Source of the DNA: Vicinamibacteria bacterium
GTDB lineage: Bacteria > Acidobacteriota > Vicinamibacteria > Vicinamibacterales > JAENWD01
Reading direction: 5' to 3'
Length of the DNA: 64,000 bases
Assembly: GCA_963832135.1 (NCBI GenBank)
Contig: CAWHTD010000012.1
Location: 76,902-140,901, forward strand
Positions 52,887-63,800 of the stretch are shown one piece after another (position 1 is the first letter of the stretch; every line of letters begins with the position of its first letter). Position numbers and translations under genes: made by a program. A model generated the notes under the pieces. It did not search any database, was not told where the DNA came from, and was given only the letters and a program-made list of their open reading frames with translations.

Positions 52887-55800
52887 TCAGGGTTGAGGCT
52901 GTGCGAGCGCGGTGGCCACAACTGATGCGAAGTCGATATTAGCCAGCCGCCCTTCGGTGAACTCGCTGAGAATGGCCGGCAGAAACTGGAAGTACGCGCC
53001 GCTCGGCGCCGGGTCGTTGACGTCGCGGCCGATGAGCGACTCGAGCTCGACGGCGCGCATCTTCGCCAGGTCGAGCGCTTCGTGCACCGAGCCGACCAGA
53101 TCGTCGAACGTCCAGTGCCCGCGCAGCTCCGGCGTGACGGCTACGAGCACCGCCTGCGGCGCGACGGCGTTGGGTCGATTGAAGTTGAACGCCACTCCGG
53201 TTGTCTCGCGATCTTCGGGCACCGTCTCCGTCCAGTCGTCGATCAACAACCCTGCCTGGAGCGGACGCGCCGCGGCTTCGGCATTCACGACGACTATCGA
53301 CAGCCACTCTCCAGTGGGAAGCGCGTCACCGAACGTGCCGCCGATCCAGGGCGTCCCGGCACGATGGGGGAACTGAACGACGGCGGGGTCGGCGATTGGA
53401 TGCCCGCTCCAGCGAGTTGACGCGAACGCCCAGGCGAGGTCGGCAACGGACGGCCGTACACGACAGGCGGAGAGCAGCCATTCGTCGGTGGCCGTGCCGT
53501 CGGCAACGGGTGCCGCAAGCGACTGCGCGAGCTCGCTCGACTGATCCGGCGGGAGCGTGAAAAGAGGCAGCACCGGGAACGCCGGTCCGAAGATCGCCTT
53601 CGCCGCATCCAGACGGCGTTGCCGCACGACGTCATTCCGGCGTGCCTGTTCGAACGTGCGCGCGGGCTCCTCGGCCGGGAGGGCATCGCTAAAGGCCGGC
53701 GCGAGGAGTTCGGCGGCCTGTCGGAGGCGATCTTCGGCGATCTTCGACACGACGATCCCCTGGCGTAGGAGCCGATCGACGAGCGCGCTCGACACCGTCA
53801 CCCCGTCAGCGGGCAGCGCTTCGGGCACGCCATAGGGAACCACTGCGAACAGCGCGGATCGCAGGCCGTTCAGTGTTCCCGTCCACGCCGGATTCGCGAT
53901 CGTGCCGGGATCGGTCTCGAGCGACGCTATTAGCGGTGCCAGCGCGGTCAGCGCCGACTCGAGGACACCGAGGGCGTGCGTCAGTCCGTCCTTTGCGGAT
54001 TCGAGATGGTCGGTCAGGTCCTTGAACTCTTCCAGTCTTGGATGCCCGCTCGCGGACCCCGTCGGATCGCCGGGAGCCGACTGCGATTCGTCGGCGGAGC
54101 GACGCCAGTCTGCGGCATGGGCGGCACGAGATCGGATGACGAGACGCCGCAAGCGCATCAGCAGCGGCTGCAACGTGGCCAGACTCGTCCGCCCGGCGGA
54201 GGCTTTCGAGAAATCGGCCTCTACGACGACGTCGTCCACCACGGCGTGCGCGAAGCGGAACTGACGAATCAGGAAGCGCTCGAGCTCGCTCGAGCGATCG
54301 CCGAGCCGATCGCCGCTCATCAGGATCAGGTCGAGCGGTTCGAGCCCAAGATCCGCGAGCGATTCGACGGCAGGCGCAGAGGTTCCAGCGCGAACCGTCC
54401 ACTGGATCTGCGCCGGCGGCGGCAGCAGACCGGACAGCCAGTGATTGAGGGGTGCGCTGGCGCGGGCGCGCGGCGAGAGCGTGCTGGTCCAGCCGGCGAC
54501 GGCATCCGCATCCAGTGCGAGCGCGAGACGGAACGTCAGCACGCGCCCGCTCCGTGGCGTCCGGACGATGTCCGGCTCCGGCGGCGGCGCGGGAGAGGTC
54601 AGCGCCTGCTGCGCCGCCTGCGTTCTCGTGACGTTGCCCTGGACCACCTGGTGCACGCCTTCCGCGAGCAGGACATCGGAGACCGCGTCGAGTGCGTCGC
54701 GCAGGCGATCGATTTCGAAGGCGATGGCCGCCGCTTCCGGCGATCCTGCGGCGGGCAGGCCGCCGATGCCATACGCGTAGGCCTGGTTCGCGGTCGCCTC
54801 GACCAATGCGAGGCCGTCGACCACGTTGCGCGCCTCGATGACGTCCGCCGTGGTGCCCGGCGGCAGGTCGGTGAGTCGGCCCGAGAGGAGCGGAAAGCGA
54901 TCGCGGAGCGTGTAGATGTGTTGATCGAGCTCGAGGCCCACGTGACCCTCGTGCAGTCCGCGCTCGAACTGGTAGCCGAGCAGCGCGGCGATTGCCTGGC
55001 CGGAGCGCACGCCGTCGGCGAGCGCCATCGCGTCGCGCACGCGTCCCGACGACAGGTTCACCGCAAAGGTCTGCGGCTGATCCGAACCGGCGTGCGACAG
55101 ATATCCGTTCCGCAGGACGGCCGCAGTCGCCGCCTGCATCAGCGAGGGCGCGTGCACATAGCCGCCGTTCGTGGCGTCGTCGAACACCGCGGGGCCGGCC
55201 ACGTCGCGGAGCGATTCGGGGATGGCATCCGGAGGCAACGGGGTTCGGTCGGCGGTCGCCGGTCGGAGGTTTTCAATCCATCCGAACGCACCAAGGTGCA
55301 GTCCAGGAGCCGGATGCCGCTCCTTCAGCAACGCCAGTCGCTGGGAGTACAGCGCCGTAATCCAGGCGTCGAGCCGGAACGAGCAGAGATCGACGTGTTC
55401 TGTCAGCAGCCGTTCGAGCCGCGCCGTTGGCAGGCCGGCCAGCGCGGCGATTGCGTCGTTGACCTCGGCGAGGCGCTCGGCGGCTGAGGGACGCGTCGGC
55501 CGCGGCAGCCGCGACGCGTCAAGCGTCCAGTCGACGAGCGCCTGGGGCGACCGGGCGAGCCCAAGCTTCGCGGCGTCGATTTCGAGATAGTCGCGGCGCT
55601 GGACGTGCTGCGCGTCCCCGATGTTGGCGATCAGCGGGTCGCGGTCGACGACATCGAAATGCTGCGCGCCGCGGTCGCCAGCGATCTCCAGCGCGACGCT
55701 CTCGAGTGCGGCGAGCAGCGCGTTCCGCAGCATGAAGTAGAGGAGCGCGGTGGGCGCGGGAATCTGCGTGCCGGAGGCGTTCAGGAAGCGCTGGCCGGTC

Positions 55801-57788
55801 AAATCGGCGCGCGACGCCTGCGTCAGCCACCAGAGATAGTTGTGCTGACCGTCATAGGGTGCGATCGCGCTGGTTTCGGACAGCGCGACCAGCGGATCGC
55901 GATCGATCAGGGGCAGCCGCCAATCACTCGTCTCACGCTGGTACACGAGATAGATCAGCAGCGGATCGGTGCTCGTGCCGCCAGGCGGAAAGTGGATGCC
56001 GGTGAGGCTGTCGCCACGCACGCCTTCCAGCTGCGAGAACCACTGCTGGAGTCCGGGCGCCGTCGCGCCGCGGAAGGTCAGCCACTGCACCACCGAGATA
56101 TCCGAAATGGCGCGCCGCGATACGAACTCGCGCGAGCTGGCCAGCTGCCCGATGATGCGCAGAAGACGCTGAAACGGATCCCCGCTCGGCTGCGCGGCGT
56201 GCGGCGCGAACCGCGCGAGCGTTTGCCACTGAAACCGATGCTGGGCAATCTGGTCGTAGAGCTTCTGTGTGATGTCGGGCGGCGCACTCGGCGTCGTGCT
56301 CGGCAGAGGCTTCCATGCGCCCCAGGCGCTTGTGACGACGATGCCATATGGCTGGCGGCCGATGCGCAAGGCGGGGTAATGGCCGCGACCGGTCACCCAT
56401 GTCACGAAGAAACTATGCAGGTCGGCAGCAGTCTGCGGGCTGACCAGTCCCTTCAGGAAGCCCTCGACGTAGTAGTCGAGCGTGCCTGGCGTGGCCGCAC
56501 GGTTCATCACCAGGGCTTCGGCGACATCGGTGCGTGTGGCGTTCGGCAGGCGTCGCACGAACTCGCGGCCGAGCCCGAGCAGATCGCCCAGGCGTGTTCC
56601 ATCCGGCATGCCCAGCATGCCGTCCGCCGGCGTGACATCCGGCGGTGAGTCCTCGATGGCGAAGAGCTGCTGCGCATCGGCTGACGGCGGCTGCCAGCCG
56701 CTCGGCGTGTCGGCGTTATTGGTGGGCGTCCCGAGTGGCACGAGCCCGAATCCATCGCCGAAGCGATGCTTCGAGAAAAGCGACTGTAGCGCCGCCGAAG
56801 CATCTTCCGGTGGCGTCGCACTCCGGACGCCAATCGCCAGCACCCGATCGAAGCCGAAGGTGTCGTGTGGATGTGTCAATGGAATCCGCAGCGCCATCCC
56901 GACCGCGACCGCCGCGTCAAAATCGACCATCCACTTGAGCGCGTCGGGGACGATCAGCCGTCCCGTGGCCTCGTCTCTCGACATCCACGAGTCGGGCTGA
57001 TCGCCTTCCGACGCCAGCATGAGATTGTCTGGAATCGGTGCGCCAATGGCACGGTTCACTTCCCGCATCGCGCGCGTAGTCGGATCGGCGGTGTAGGTGA
57101 TCACGACGAACCGATCGGGCAGCAGATCGGCTCGCGCGACTGGCGGCTCGTCGGGAGCGATTGGATCCGCGAAGTGCAGATCGCCCGGTGCCGCATCGGG
57201 GTTCTGCGGCGCGGTTGCCCGGACGATGAAGCTGGCGCGATACGCTCCTGTCTGGGTGGCGAGCGCCGTCCAGGCGCCTTCGTACGCCCGCCGCTTCGCG
57301 TCGTTGCCCGCGGCGTGCCGCGCGGCAGCGCGCGCCTTCCAGTAGGCGACGCCAAGCACGCGCTCCGCTTCTGACACCGGGCTGAGCGGTGCGGCGATGC
57401 TGATGTCGTCCGGGAAGAAACGCACGCGCAAGTCGGCGCCGGTACTGGTACGAACGAACTTCGTTTCAATCCGGATTGGCAGCAGCACGAAGGGCAGATC
57501 GTCGCTGCACGCCTCGACGATTTGCTCGGGCGTCTGCGCCAGCCAGTCGACGAGGGTGCCGAATGCGTCGTCGCGCAGTCGCGCATAGGCGGCGCGTGCA
57601 CTGGCCCCAGCCTGTTCGGCCTCGTGGCGTTCGCGGCGGAGCCGCCTGGCGTCCTGTTGCTGGCCGGCGCGATCGGCACGCGCAATCGCGGCGTCGAGGC
57701 CGCGGATATGCTCGTCGGCGGCAATCGCCGATCGAAGCGCGGCATCGCGGTTGGCGCGTGCCCGTGAGATGTCCTGCGGCTGTGGCAT
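52887..57788 (-). CDS. Giant hypothetical protein C (1,633 aa)
   Basis: The 4.9-kb ORF is uninterrupted. It has a charged coiled-coil-like N-terminus (RARANRDAALRSAIAADEHIRGLDAAIARADRAGQQQDARRLRRERHEAEQAG) followed by LPFVLLPIRIETKF. I noticed no Walker A, HExxH or signal peptide. Confidence 0.65.
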   Translation of the reverse strand: MPQPQDISRARANRDAALRSAIAADEHIRGLDAAIARADRAGQQQDARRLRRERHEAEQAGASARAAYARLRDDAFGTLVDWLAQTPEQIVEACSDDLPFVLLPIRIETKFVRTSTGADLRVRFFPDDISIAAPLSPVSEAERVLGVAYWKARAAARHAAGNDAKRRAYEGAWTALATQTGAYRASFIVRATAPQNPDAAPGDLHFADPIAPDEPPVARADLLPDRFVVITYTADPTTRAMREVNRAIGAPIPDNLMLASEGDQPDSWMSRDEATGRLIVPDALKWMVDFDAAVAVGMALRIPLTHPHDTFGFDRVLAIGVRSATPPEDASAALQSLFSKHRFGDGFGLVPLGTPTNNADTPSGWQPPSADAQQLFAIEDSPPDVTPADGMLGMPDGTRLGDLLGLGREFVRRLPNATRTDVAEALVMNRAATPGTLDYYVEGFLKGLVSPQTAADLHSFFVTWVTGRGHYPALRIGRQPYGIVVTSAWGAWKPLPSTTPSAPPDITQKLYDQIAQHRFQWQTLARFAPHAAQPSGDPFQRLLRIIGQLASSREFVSRRAISDISVVQWLTFRGATAPGLQQWFSQLEGVRGDSLTGIHFPPGGTSTDPLLIYLVYQRETSDWRLPLIDRDPLVALSETSAIAPYDGQHNYLWWLTQASRADLTGQRFLNASGTQIPAPTALLYFMLRNALLAALESVALEIAGDRGAQHFDVVDRDPLIANIGDAQHVQRRDYLEIDAAKLGLARSPQALVDWTLDASRLPRPTRPSAAERLAEVNDAIAALAGLPTARLERLLTEHVDLCSFRLDAWITALYSQRLALLKERHPAPGLHLGAFGWIENLRPATADRTPLPPDAIPESLRDVAGPAVFDDATNGGYVHAPSLMQAATAAVLRNGYLSHAGSDQPQTFAVNLSSGRVRDAMALADGVRSGQAIAALLGYQFERGLHEGHVGLELDQHIYTLRDRFPLLSGRLTDLPPGTTADVIEARNVVDGLALVEATANQAYAYGIGGLPAAGSPEAAAIAFEIDRLRDALDAVSDVLLAEGVHQVVQGNVTRTQAAQQALTSPAPPPEPDIVRTPRSGRVLTFRLALALDADAVAGWTSTLSPRARASAPLNHWLSGLLPPPAQIQWTVRAGTSAPAVESLADLGLEPLDLILMSGDRLGDRSSELERFLIRQFRFAHAVVDDVVVEADFSKASAGRTSLATLQPLLMRLRRLVIRSRAAHAADWRRSADESQSAPGDPTGSASGHPRLEEFKDLTDHLESAKDGLTHALGVLESALTALAPLIASLETDPGTIANPAWTGTLNGLRSALFAVVPYGVPEALPADGVTVSSALVDRLLRQGIVVSKIAEDRLRQAAELLAPAFSDALPAEEPARTFEQARRNDVVRQRRLDAAKAIFGPAFPVLPLFTLPPDQSSELAQSLAAPVADGTATDEWLLSACRVRPSVADLAWAFASTRWSGHPIADPAVVQFPHRAGTPWIGGTFGDALPTGEWLSIVVVNAEAAARPLQAGLLIDDWTETVPEDRETTGVAFNFNRPNAVAPQAVLVAVTPELRGHWTFDDLVGSVHEALDLAKMRAVELESLIGRDVNDPAPSGAYFQFLPAILSEFTEGRLANIDFASVVATALAQPQP

Positions 57789-57800
57789 GTCGCGTCCCGC

Positions 57801-60800
57801 TTACGCCGGCGGCGTCAGGTTCTTGAGCATGTGCCGGCCGTGTACCGCCACGAGCACGGGATCCTGATAGAGGACGTATGCCATGTCCGCGGCATGCGTT
57901 CCCCAGGACACGCCGCCCGTGTCCGTGCCGGCCGGCTGAGAGACGAATGCCTTCGACACATCGATGGCATGGCCGCCCGTGAGATCGACGTTCTCCCAGG
58001 CGAGGTTGTCCCACGTCTGTGCCGAGGGCTCGACAGGGGCCGCCACGTCGAGCCCGAAGCGAGGCTCGCCGACGGCTTCCTGAATCACGAAAAACCAGCC
58101 GGTGTTATCGCCGACCGTGGCGCGCGCTTCCGCGGTTTCGTCCAGTCGAGTGTCGCCGCGGACCTCTTCGAAGGTCAGGTCGAAGCCAAGAAAGTGAACG
58201 TCGGGCGCAATACGCGCCTTGTAGAGGGGGAACCGGAGCCGCGGATCCTGAGGCGTGGTCGCAAAGAGCTCGCCCGTCTCGTCGCTCAGCACCAACCGGT
58301 TCGCGCGAAGGCCAGTGCCCCACATCGCTTTCTGCGCGTAGATGAACGTGTTGGGGTAGCGCTTCAGCAGATCGCCGCGGATGACCAGCACCACCTGTTT
58401 CTTGTCGCCCTGCGGGTTGCGGTGATTGTGCGCGCCGAGCGCCGTGTCGGTGGCCCACTCGTGCAATGGGGGAACGTCCTTGAGGTCCTCTGCCAGTTCC
58501 TTCGGACCGCGGCCCTCGAGATCGACGAAGCTCGACACGTCCCAGAACTGCCGGAAAGAGCTGCCACGCTGATCGGTCGGAAACTCGCGCCACAACAGCT
58601 CGCGTGCCAGCTCGTGATTGAGGCCGGCGAGATACGCCTCGATAAACGGCTGATTGGCTCGCAGCAGCGACAGGGTGTTGTTGGGAATCAGCTTCAGATT
58701 GGGCAGAAAGTACTCGCTCGAGATCGCCTCGAGCGGCGCGTACATCGCGTCCTTGATGTCGGGATAGCTCATGACTTCCTGAAGCGTCTCGGACGGAGCA
58801 TCGGGTGTCGCGTTGGCATAGTGAGTGTTTACGAACGTCAGCACGTCGACGCCGCCTACACGGAAGAGCGGCGCGAACCGTGCGGCCACCGCGCGGTGCG
58901 GCTCCAGCGCCGTCAAGGCCTTCTCGTGCACGAACGCCGTGTCGAGTGCCGGCTTCGGCAGGAGCGGCTCGACGCGGACCGACAGCGCCTCGCCGAACGC
59001 GATCAGCGCGCGCCGCATGTCGTCGGCCGGCGTGTTGTCGCCGTTGACGACTGGCCTGCCAGGGCGGGGCACGGTCGACGGTCGAAACGTCGTGTCGGTT
59101 GCCGCACCCTCGAAGCGAAATGCCGGTCGCGCAGGCGTGCTCACGATCGCCGTTGCCGTCAGCTCGCTGTCGGAGAGCAGGCGAACCACGAGGCCAGCGT
59201 CGGACTCGCGACGCCGTGAGGGGCGTGCTCGCGTCGGGCGATCCGTCGCGGCGACAGTCTCGCTGATCCGCTCGACCGTCGCGCCGCCCGGCGCGGGCAC
59301 AGGTGGCGCCGCCGACAACTGACCCGCGCCCGCCCCGCCGACGACCGAGGCCAGCGCGTTCGCGCGGATCTCCGGCTCGAGCACGTGGCGGGCAAGCCGT
59401 CCCTGAGGCCGAAGCTGCTTCCGAAGCGCTGGTGAAATGGCAGCACGCGGCAGACGGCTCGCCTTCACGACCAACGCGAGCGTCGTCGGGCTCGCGAGCA
59501 CTTTGCTGAAGACCGGCGAGGCCAAAGCAAGCGCGCGCTCGCGGGGAAGCGGCGCGAACGACTTGAGAAAAAGCGCCGAGGCGGCCTTGGTCGCGAGTTG
59601 CGCGCGCCGAATCTGCCGGTTGACGCTGATGACGTCGCCGATCTGTTCCCAGGCGATGCGCATGTACTTTTCCTGATGGGCGCGCACGACGCGCGCGCCC
59701 AGACCGGCGACGGCGCGGTAGCGCGGGTCCAGATTGAGCGCGTCAACCCAGTGACCGGCACTGGCGCTGTGATCGACGCGCTCGACACGGGCATGCCAGC
59801 AGCCGTAGATCGGCGGCACGACCAGTGGATCGCCTGCGCCGCCCTCACGCGCGTCAGCCGCCGCGTTCAGGACGGGCTCGACTTGCGGCGTGAACGTGTT
59901 GCCCGCGGCCAGGCCCCGCGGCACCGTGGTCGGCGCCAGCAGCGCGCCTTCGAGGGCCACCGTGTCATCCGGTGGATTCGTGACCGTGTTTACGCCGAAC
60001 CCCGGGTGGGCGATCTCCATGTCGCGGATGCCCACGCGCGGGTCCATGTCGCGCGGCACGAGGGCGCGCACCAGCGATTCGAAGTCGCCCTCGATACCAG
60101 TCCGGAATCGCCACTCGAAGTAAATCGGGAACTCGTCGGCCGGCCCCGCCCACGCCTGTGCCGTCCCATCGTCCGTATCCGCCACCGGCTCGCCGAGTCC
60201 GGCCTTCCGTCCGGTCTCGAACGTCGGCACGAGAAACGCCGCGTAGCTGGTGTTCGGCTCGAGCTTCCGCGGACAGACGATGCGGCTGTACGACACGTCC
60301 GGGTTGGCGGCCACCGCGGCGGCGAGCTGATTGAGATCGGGCGCCGCGGGCGTGCCGCCGAGCGGAACGTTGACGTGCACGTGCGCCCAGGCCCATTCCT
60401 GACCGGCCGCGGGGAAGATGTCGGCGCGGCGCGCCTGGCTGTTCAGCACGAAGGACGGCAAAGGGCGATCGGGTACCTGTTTGCGCGAGCACTCGTCCTC
60501 GCTCAGGACGACGAGCATCAGCCAAGGCAGCAGACGGTGCGTGGCGCTGTCGGGCGATACCGGCGAATAGCGCCAGGGAAAATCCTCGTCATAGAAGTCG
60601 ACCGCTGCGAGATAGTTGGGCTCGAAGTCACTGACCCCTGCCCGCGGCTCGGTGCGGATGATCTGTTGCGACTGAAGGCCCGTGATGTCGCCGGGACCGA
60701 CGAGCCGCACGGTGACCGGTGGCAGATCTTTCCGCTCCTCATCCGATGCGACGGCAAGGGTGACCGTCGCAGTCGCCCGGGTGGCGCCGGCGCCGGCGGC

Positions 60801-60866
60801 GGTGCCGAGGTGATTGGAAATCCCTCGGCGCAGCCAGGGAAGGAAGGTGTACGTCGCGATCGCCAT
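57801..60866 (-). CDS. Giant hypothetical protein B (1,021 aa)
   Basis: The ORF is uninterrupted. GGAGGTG lies 10 nt upstream of its ATG, inside the 3' end of the preceding gene. The N-terminus is MAIATYTFLPWLRRGISN. I recognised no family. Confidence 0.65.
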   Translation of the reverse strand: MAIATYTFLPWLRRGISNHLGTAAGAGATRATATVTLAVASDEERKDLPPVTVRLVGPGDITGLQSQQIIRTEPRAGVSDFEPNYLAAVDFYDEDFPWRYSPVSPDSATHRLLPWLMLVVLSEDECSRKQVPDRPLPSFVLNSQARRADIFPAAGQEWAWAHVHVNVPLGGTPAAPDLNQLAAAVAANPDVSYSRIVCPRKLEPNTSYAAFLVPTFETGRKAGLGEPVADTDDGTAQAWAGPADEFPIYFEWRFRTGIEGDFESLVRALVPRDMDPRVGIRDMEIAHPGFGVNTVTNPPDDTVALEGALLAPTTVPRGLAAGNTFTPQVEPVLNAAADAREGGAGDPLVVPPIYGCWHARVERVDHSASAGHWVDALNLDPRYRAVAGLGARVVRAHQEKYMRIAWEQIGDVISVNRQIRRAQLATKAASALFLKSFAPLPRERALALASPVFSKVLASPTTLALVVKASRLPRAAISPALRKQLRPQGRLARHVLEPEIRANALASVVGGAGAGQLSAAPPVPAPGGATVERISETVAATDRPTRARPSRRRESDAGLVVRLLSDSELTATAIVSTPARPAFRFEGAATDTTFRPSTVPRPGRPVVNGDNTPADDMRRALIAFGEALSVRVEPLLPKPALDTAFVHEKALTALEPHRAVAARFAPLFRVGGVDVLTFVNTHYANATPDAPSETLQEVMSYPDIKDAMYAPLEAISSEYFLPNLKLIPNNTLSLLRANQPFIEAYLAGLNHELARELLWREFPTDQRGSSFRQFWDVSSFVDLEGRGPKELAEDLKDVPPLHEWATDTALGAHNHRNPQGDKKQVVLVIRGDLLKRYPNTFIYAQKAMWGTGLRANRLVLSDETGELFATTPQDPRLRFPLYKARIAPDVHFLGFDLTFEEVRGDTRLDETAEARATVGDNTGWFFVIQEAVGEPRFGLDVAAPVEPSAQTWDNLAWENVDLTGGHAIDVSKAFVSQPAGTDTGGVSWGTHAADMAYVLYQDPVLVAVHGRHMLKNLTPPA

Positions 60867-60873
60867 ACTCTGT

Positions 60874-63800
60874 CTACACCTCCGCGAGGGTGAGCGCGGC
60901 TGTTGACATCACCTGCACCGTGCCAGACAGCTCGGGATGCTCCGCAAGCGCGCGCCTCAGGGCCACGTCGGCCTCGAACGCGGTTTCGAAGATCGAGTCG
61001 ACCGTGTGCAGCGACAGGTCGTCGGTCGACACGACAGCGTACCGGTCGCGAACGATGGCCACGTGTTCGCTCAGGGCTGATGACGACGTGCTGGCGTGCG
61101 ACAGCGGCGATCGCGATATCGCGGCGCCGGCAATCGAGAAGCTCGCCAGGCCCGACGAAATTGCGTACTTCGGCCGCACGGGATGTCGTTCGGGCAGATA
61201 AATCACTTCGTAGGCGACCTCGCGCTGCCGCATGAAGTCGGTGCGCGGCATCGGGTCGCCGCCGATGGCCACGCCGGAGTCGAATTCGGCGAACGACGGC
61301 CGAGAGAGCTTCTCGGCGTCGCTCATCTCGAAGAACTGCGCCGGCGCGAACTCTTCACGCGTAGGGGCGGTCGGAGCCATCGCTCCGCCGACCATGCAAT
61401 CCACGATGGTGAAGACAGTGCCGCGCGCGGGCCTGGCCGATCCGACGAGCTGAATCGGGATGCCGAGCGGCGCGAGCTTCTGCGACACGTCGAGGAAGCC
61501 GTACGGGTGCAGCACCAGCGTCTCGGTTGGATTGGGCAGCGCGCGCAGCGTGACCGACTGGCTGGAGCCGACGGGCAGCCGCGGGATCCAGTTGCCGGAA
61601 TTGGCAAGGGCCCCGGCGAGCTCGGCGAGCACGTCCAGCGGCGCCAGCACCGACGGCAGCCCCGGCCGAATGGTCACGTTGAACCGCACGCGGATCGTGA
61701 CGGTGAACACGAAGCCAATCTCGAACGAGCCCGAGCCTTTCGCGTGAAGCGGCAGTGGCCCCTCGAGCGTCAGCTCGAGTCGAATCGAGAACAGGACGCG
61801 GCCGCCGGTGCGGACGGCGATCATGCCGGCGATCTCGGCAATGAAGTGGAACGGGCTGCGCGTGATCAGGACGTCGAGGCTGAGGAAGCCCTTCACGCTG
61901 AAGATGCTGAAGCTGTAAGCCAGCTCCAGCCGCCCGCCGAACTGAATCGTGTTCGCGGTGACGGCGAAGTAGGCCTCGGCGCGGATGTCGGGATTGCCGT
62001 CGCTGAGGACGATGCTGAGCCTCGCCAGTTGCCGCAGGTTCATCGGCGGCGGCGTGTACGCCGGATTGAAACCGCCGACGGTCAGCAGGAGATTGGCGTT
62101 CGCCTTCCAGTAGAAGCGCACGGCCATATCACCCGTGAGCGTGAAGTTGAGCACGCGCGAGTCGTAGAGCGTCGCGTCGAACTCGAGCTGTCCCGACTCG
62201 AAGTCGACGGTCCCGAAGAAGTTCACCTGCAGGCGCAGAATCGCCGCGTCTTCGGCGGGGAGCGCCGCGCGCAGGACGCCGATGAACGCGAATCCGAGGC
62301 GGGGGAGCTGGAGAAAAACGCCGGCCTTCAGCCGAATCAACGGCGGCGTCGCCCACGTGATATCGGCCATGGGCCCGACGAGGAACGTGCCAGGTTGTAC
62401 CGGGAACACGCGCTGGAGATCGCCAATGAGGCGCGGGGCGTTGGCGACGACGTCCTTCGGAAACAGCACGCTGTCGAACGATCCATCGGTGAGCCCGGCC
62501 AGGAGCGTCTCGCGCTTGTAGGTGCGGTTCAGCGCCAGGAGACCGCCGACGCCTCGGAGCGTGAATCCAAACGGCAGCTGGATAGGCGGCGTGTCGGAGG
62601 TGATCAGAATCAGGATCGAGAAGCCGTCGCCGCCCTCGGGCAGCTTCGTGGTGACGATGCCGAGCGCGGCGACGTTGAGGGTGCCCTTGAACACCAGTTC
62701 GAGGCCGCCGGCATACTCGCCCTTCTCGCGATCGAAGATCAGGAAGCCGCCGCCGGTGAAACCCGCGGCATCGATCGCGAGGCCGGCGCCGTTCGGTGGC
62801 TTGAACCCGAGATCGAGGTCGAACGGCCCGGCGTTCCCGGGCTGGAACGCCACGTCCATGCCGACGCCGACGCCCTCCAGCAGGAATTGGAGCGGGCCGA
62901 GCTTGCCAGAAACGCCTGCACCGAGTTCGAGGCGGATCTTCGGCGCGCCGTCGGACGCCGCCGCCAGGCGCACCATCACGTCGTCGACCCGCACCGGCCC
63001 GAGCTGCAGGTGCGGATGCAGCGTGACCTCGAACGCGGCGCTGCCTTTGAAGCGAAGTCCCGTCCCCTTCTTCCATTCGATACCGAGCGGCACGTCGACG
63101 GCCACGGGCGACTCGCCGATGATCGTGCTGAGGAACGTGTCGCCCTCGCGCGCCGCAATCACGAGCTTGAGCCCGAGAAGATCGGCAGTCAGCGCAAGCG
63201 ACGTGTCCGTACCAGCCACGTCTGCCGCCAACCCGGCGGCGATCGATGCGAGCTCGATGCGTGAGGCTTCCGGATCTCCGATGAGCGTGACAGGCGACGC
63301 GGGCGCGTATGTGAAGCCGACACCGATGCCGGCGGCCGGTGGCGGCGTGCCCGGTGCGAGCGGATACCGGATCTCGACCAGATCCGGAGGGCGGAGCGTG
63401 ATGCCAAAGAGCTGGCCGACGTTGCTCCCCGCCCGCACGTTCATCGTCACCGAGGGACCGAGCTGAAACTCGAGCGGCATCTCGGAGGGAAGCCGCGGTT
63501 CCAGGATCAGCCCCGGCATCGCGCTGCCCTGTGCGGGCAATCGCTGGAGTGCGATCGCGCCCTCGACCGTTCCGCCGGGCGTGTTCGCGTAGAAGAATGG
63601 GAGGACGACGGCACGTTCGGGCGGTGGCGGCACCACGTTCGTCAGCCCGAGGTATCCGGCGAGCGCGTTTTCATCACCCCGCCGGTAGGAAACAGGCAGG
63701 CCGAGCGTGAGCCCCAGCGTGGCGACATGTTCGAGCAGGAGCCCATCATCGAAGTCCATGCGGCCCCAGCCGTAGACGCGCTCTGGCAGTCCCTGCGGCT

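Noticed and set aside
61096-63264. A 722-aa + strand ORF antisense to giant protein A. Similar long antisense or shadow ORFs occur at 53976..55487, 51299..52942, 57831..59219, 59598..60893 and 55605..56648.
   Set aside because: The translations are extremely Arg/Gly/Asp/His-rich with low complexity, as expected for antisense frames of high-GC genes. The opposite-strand ORFs are longer, tightly packed and have protein-like composition.
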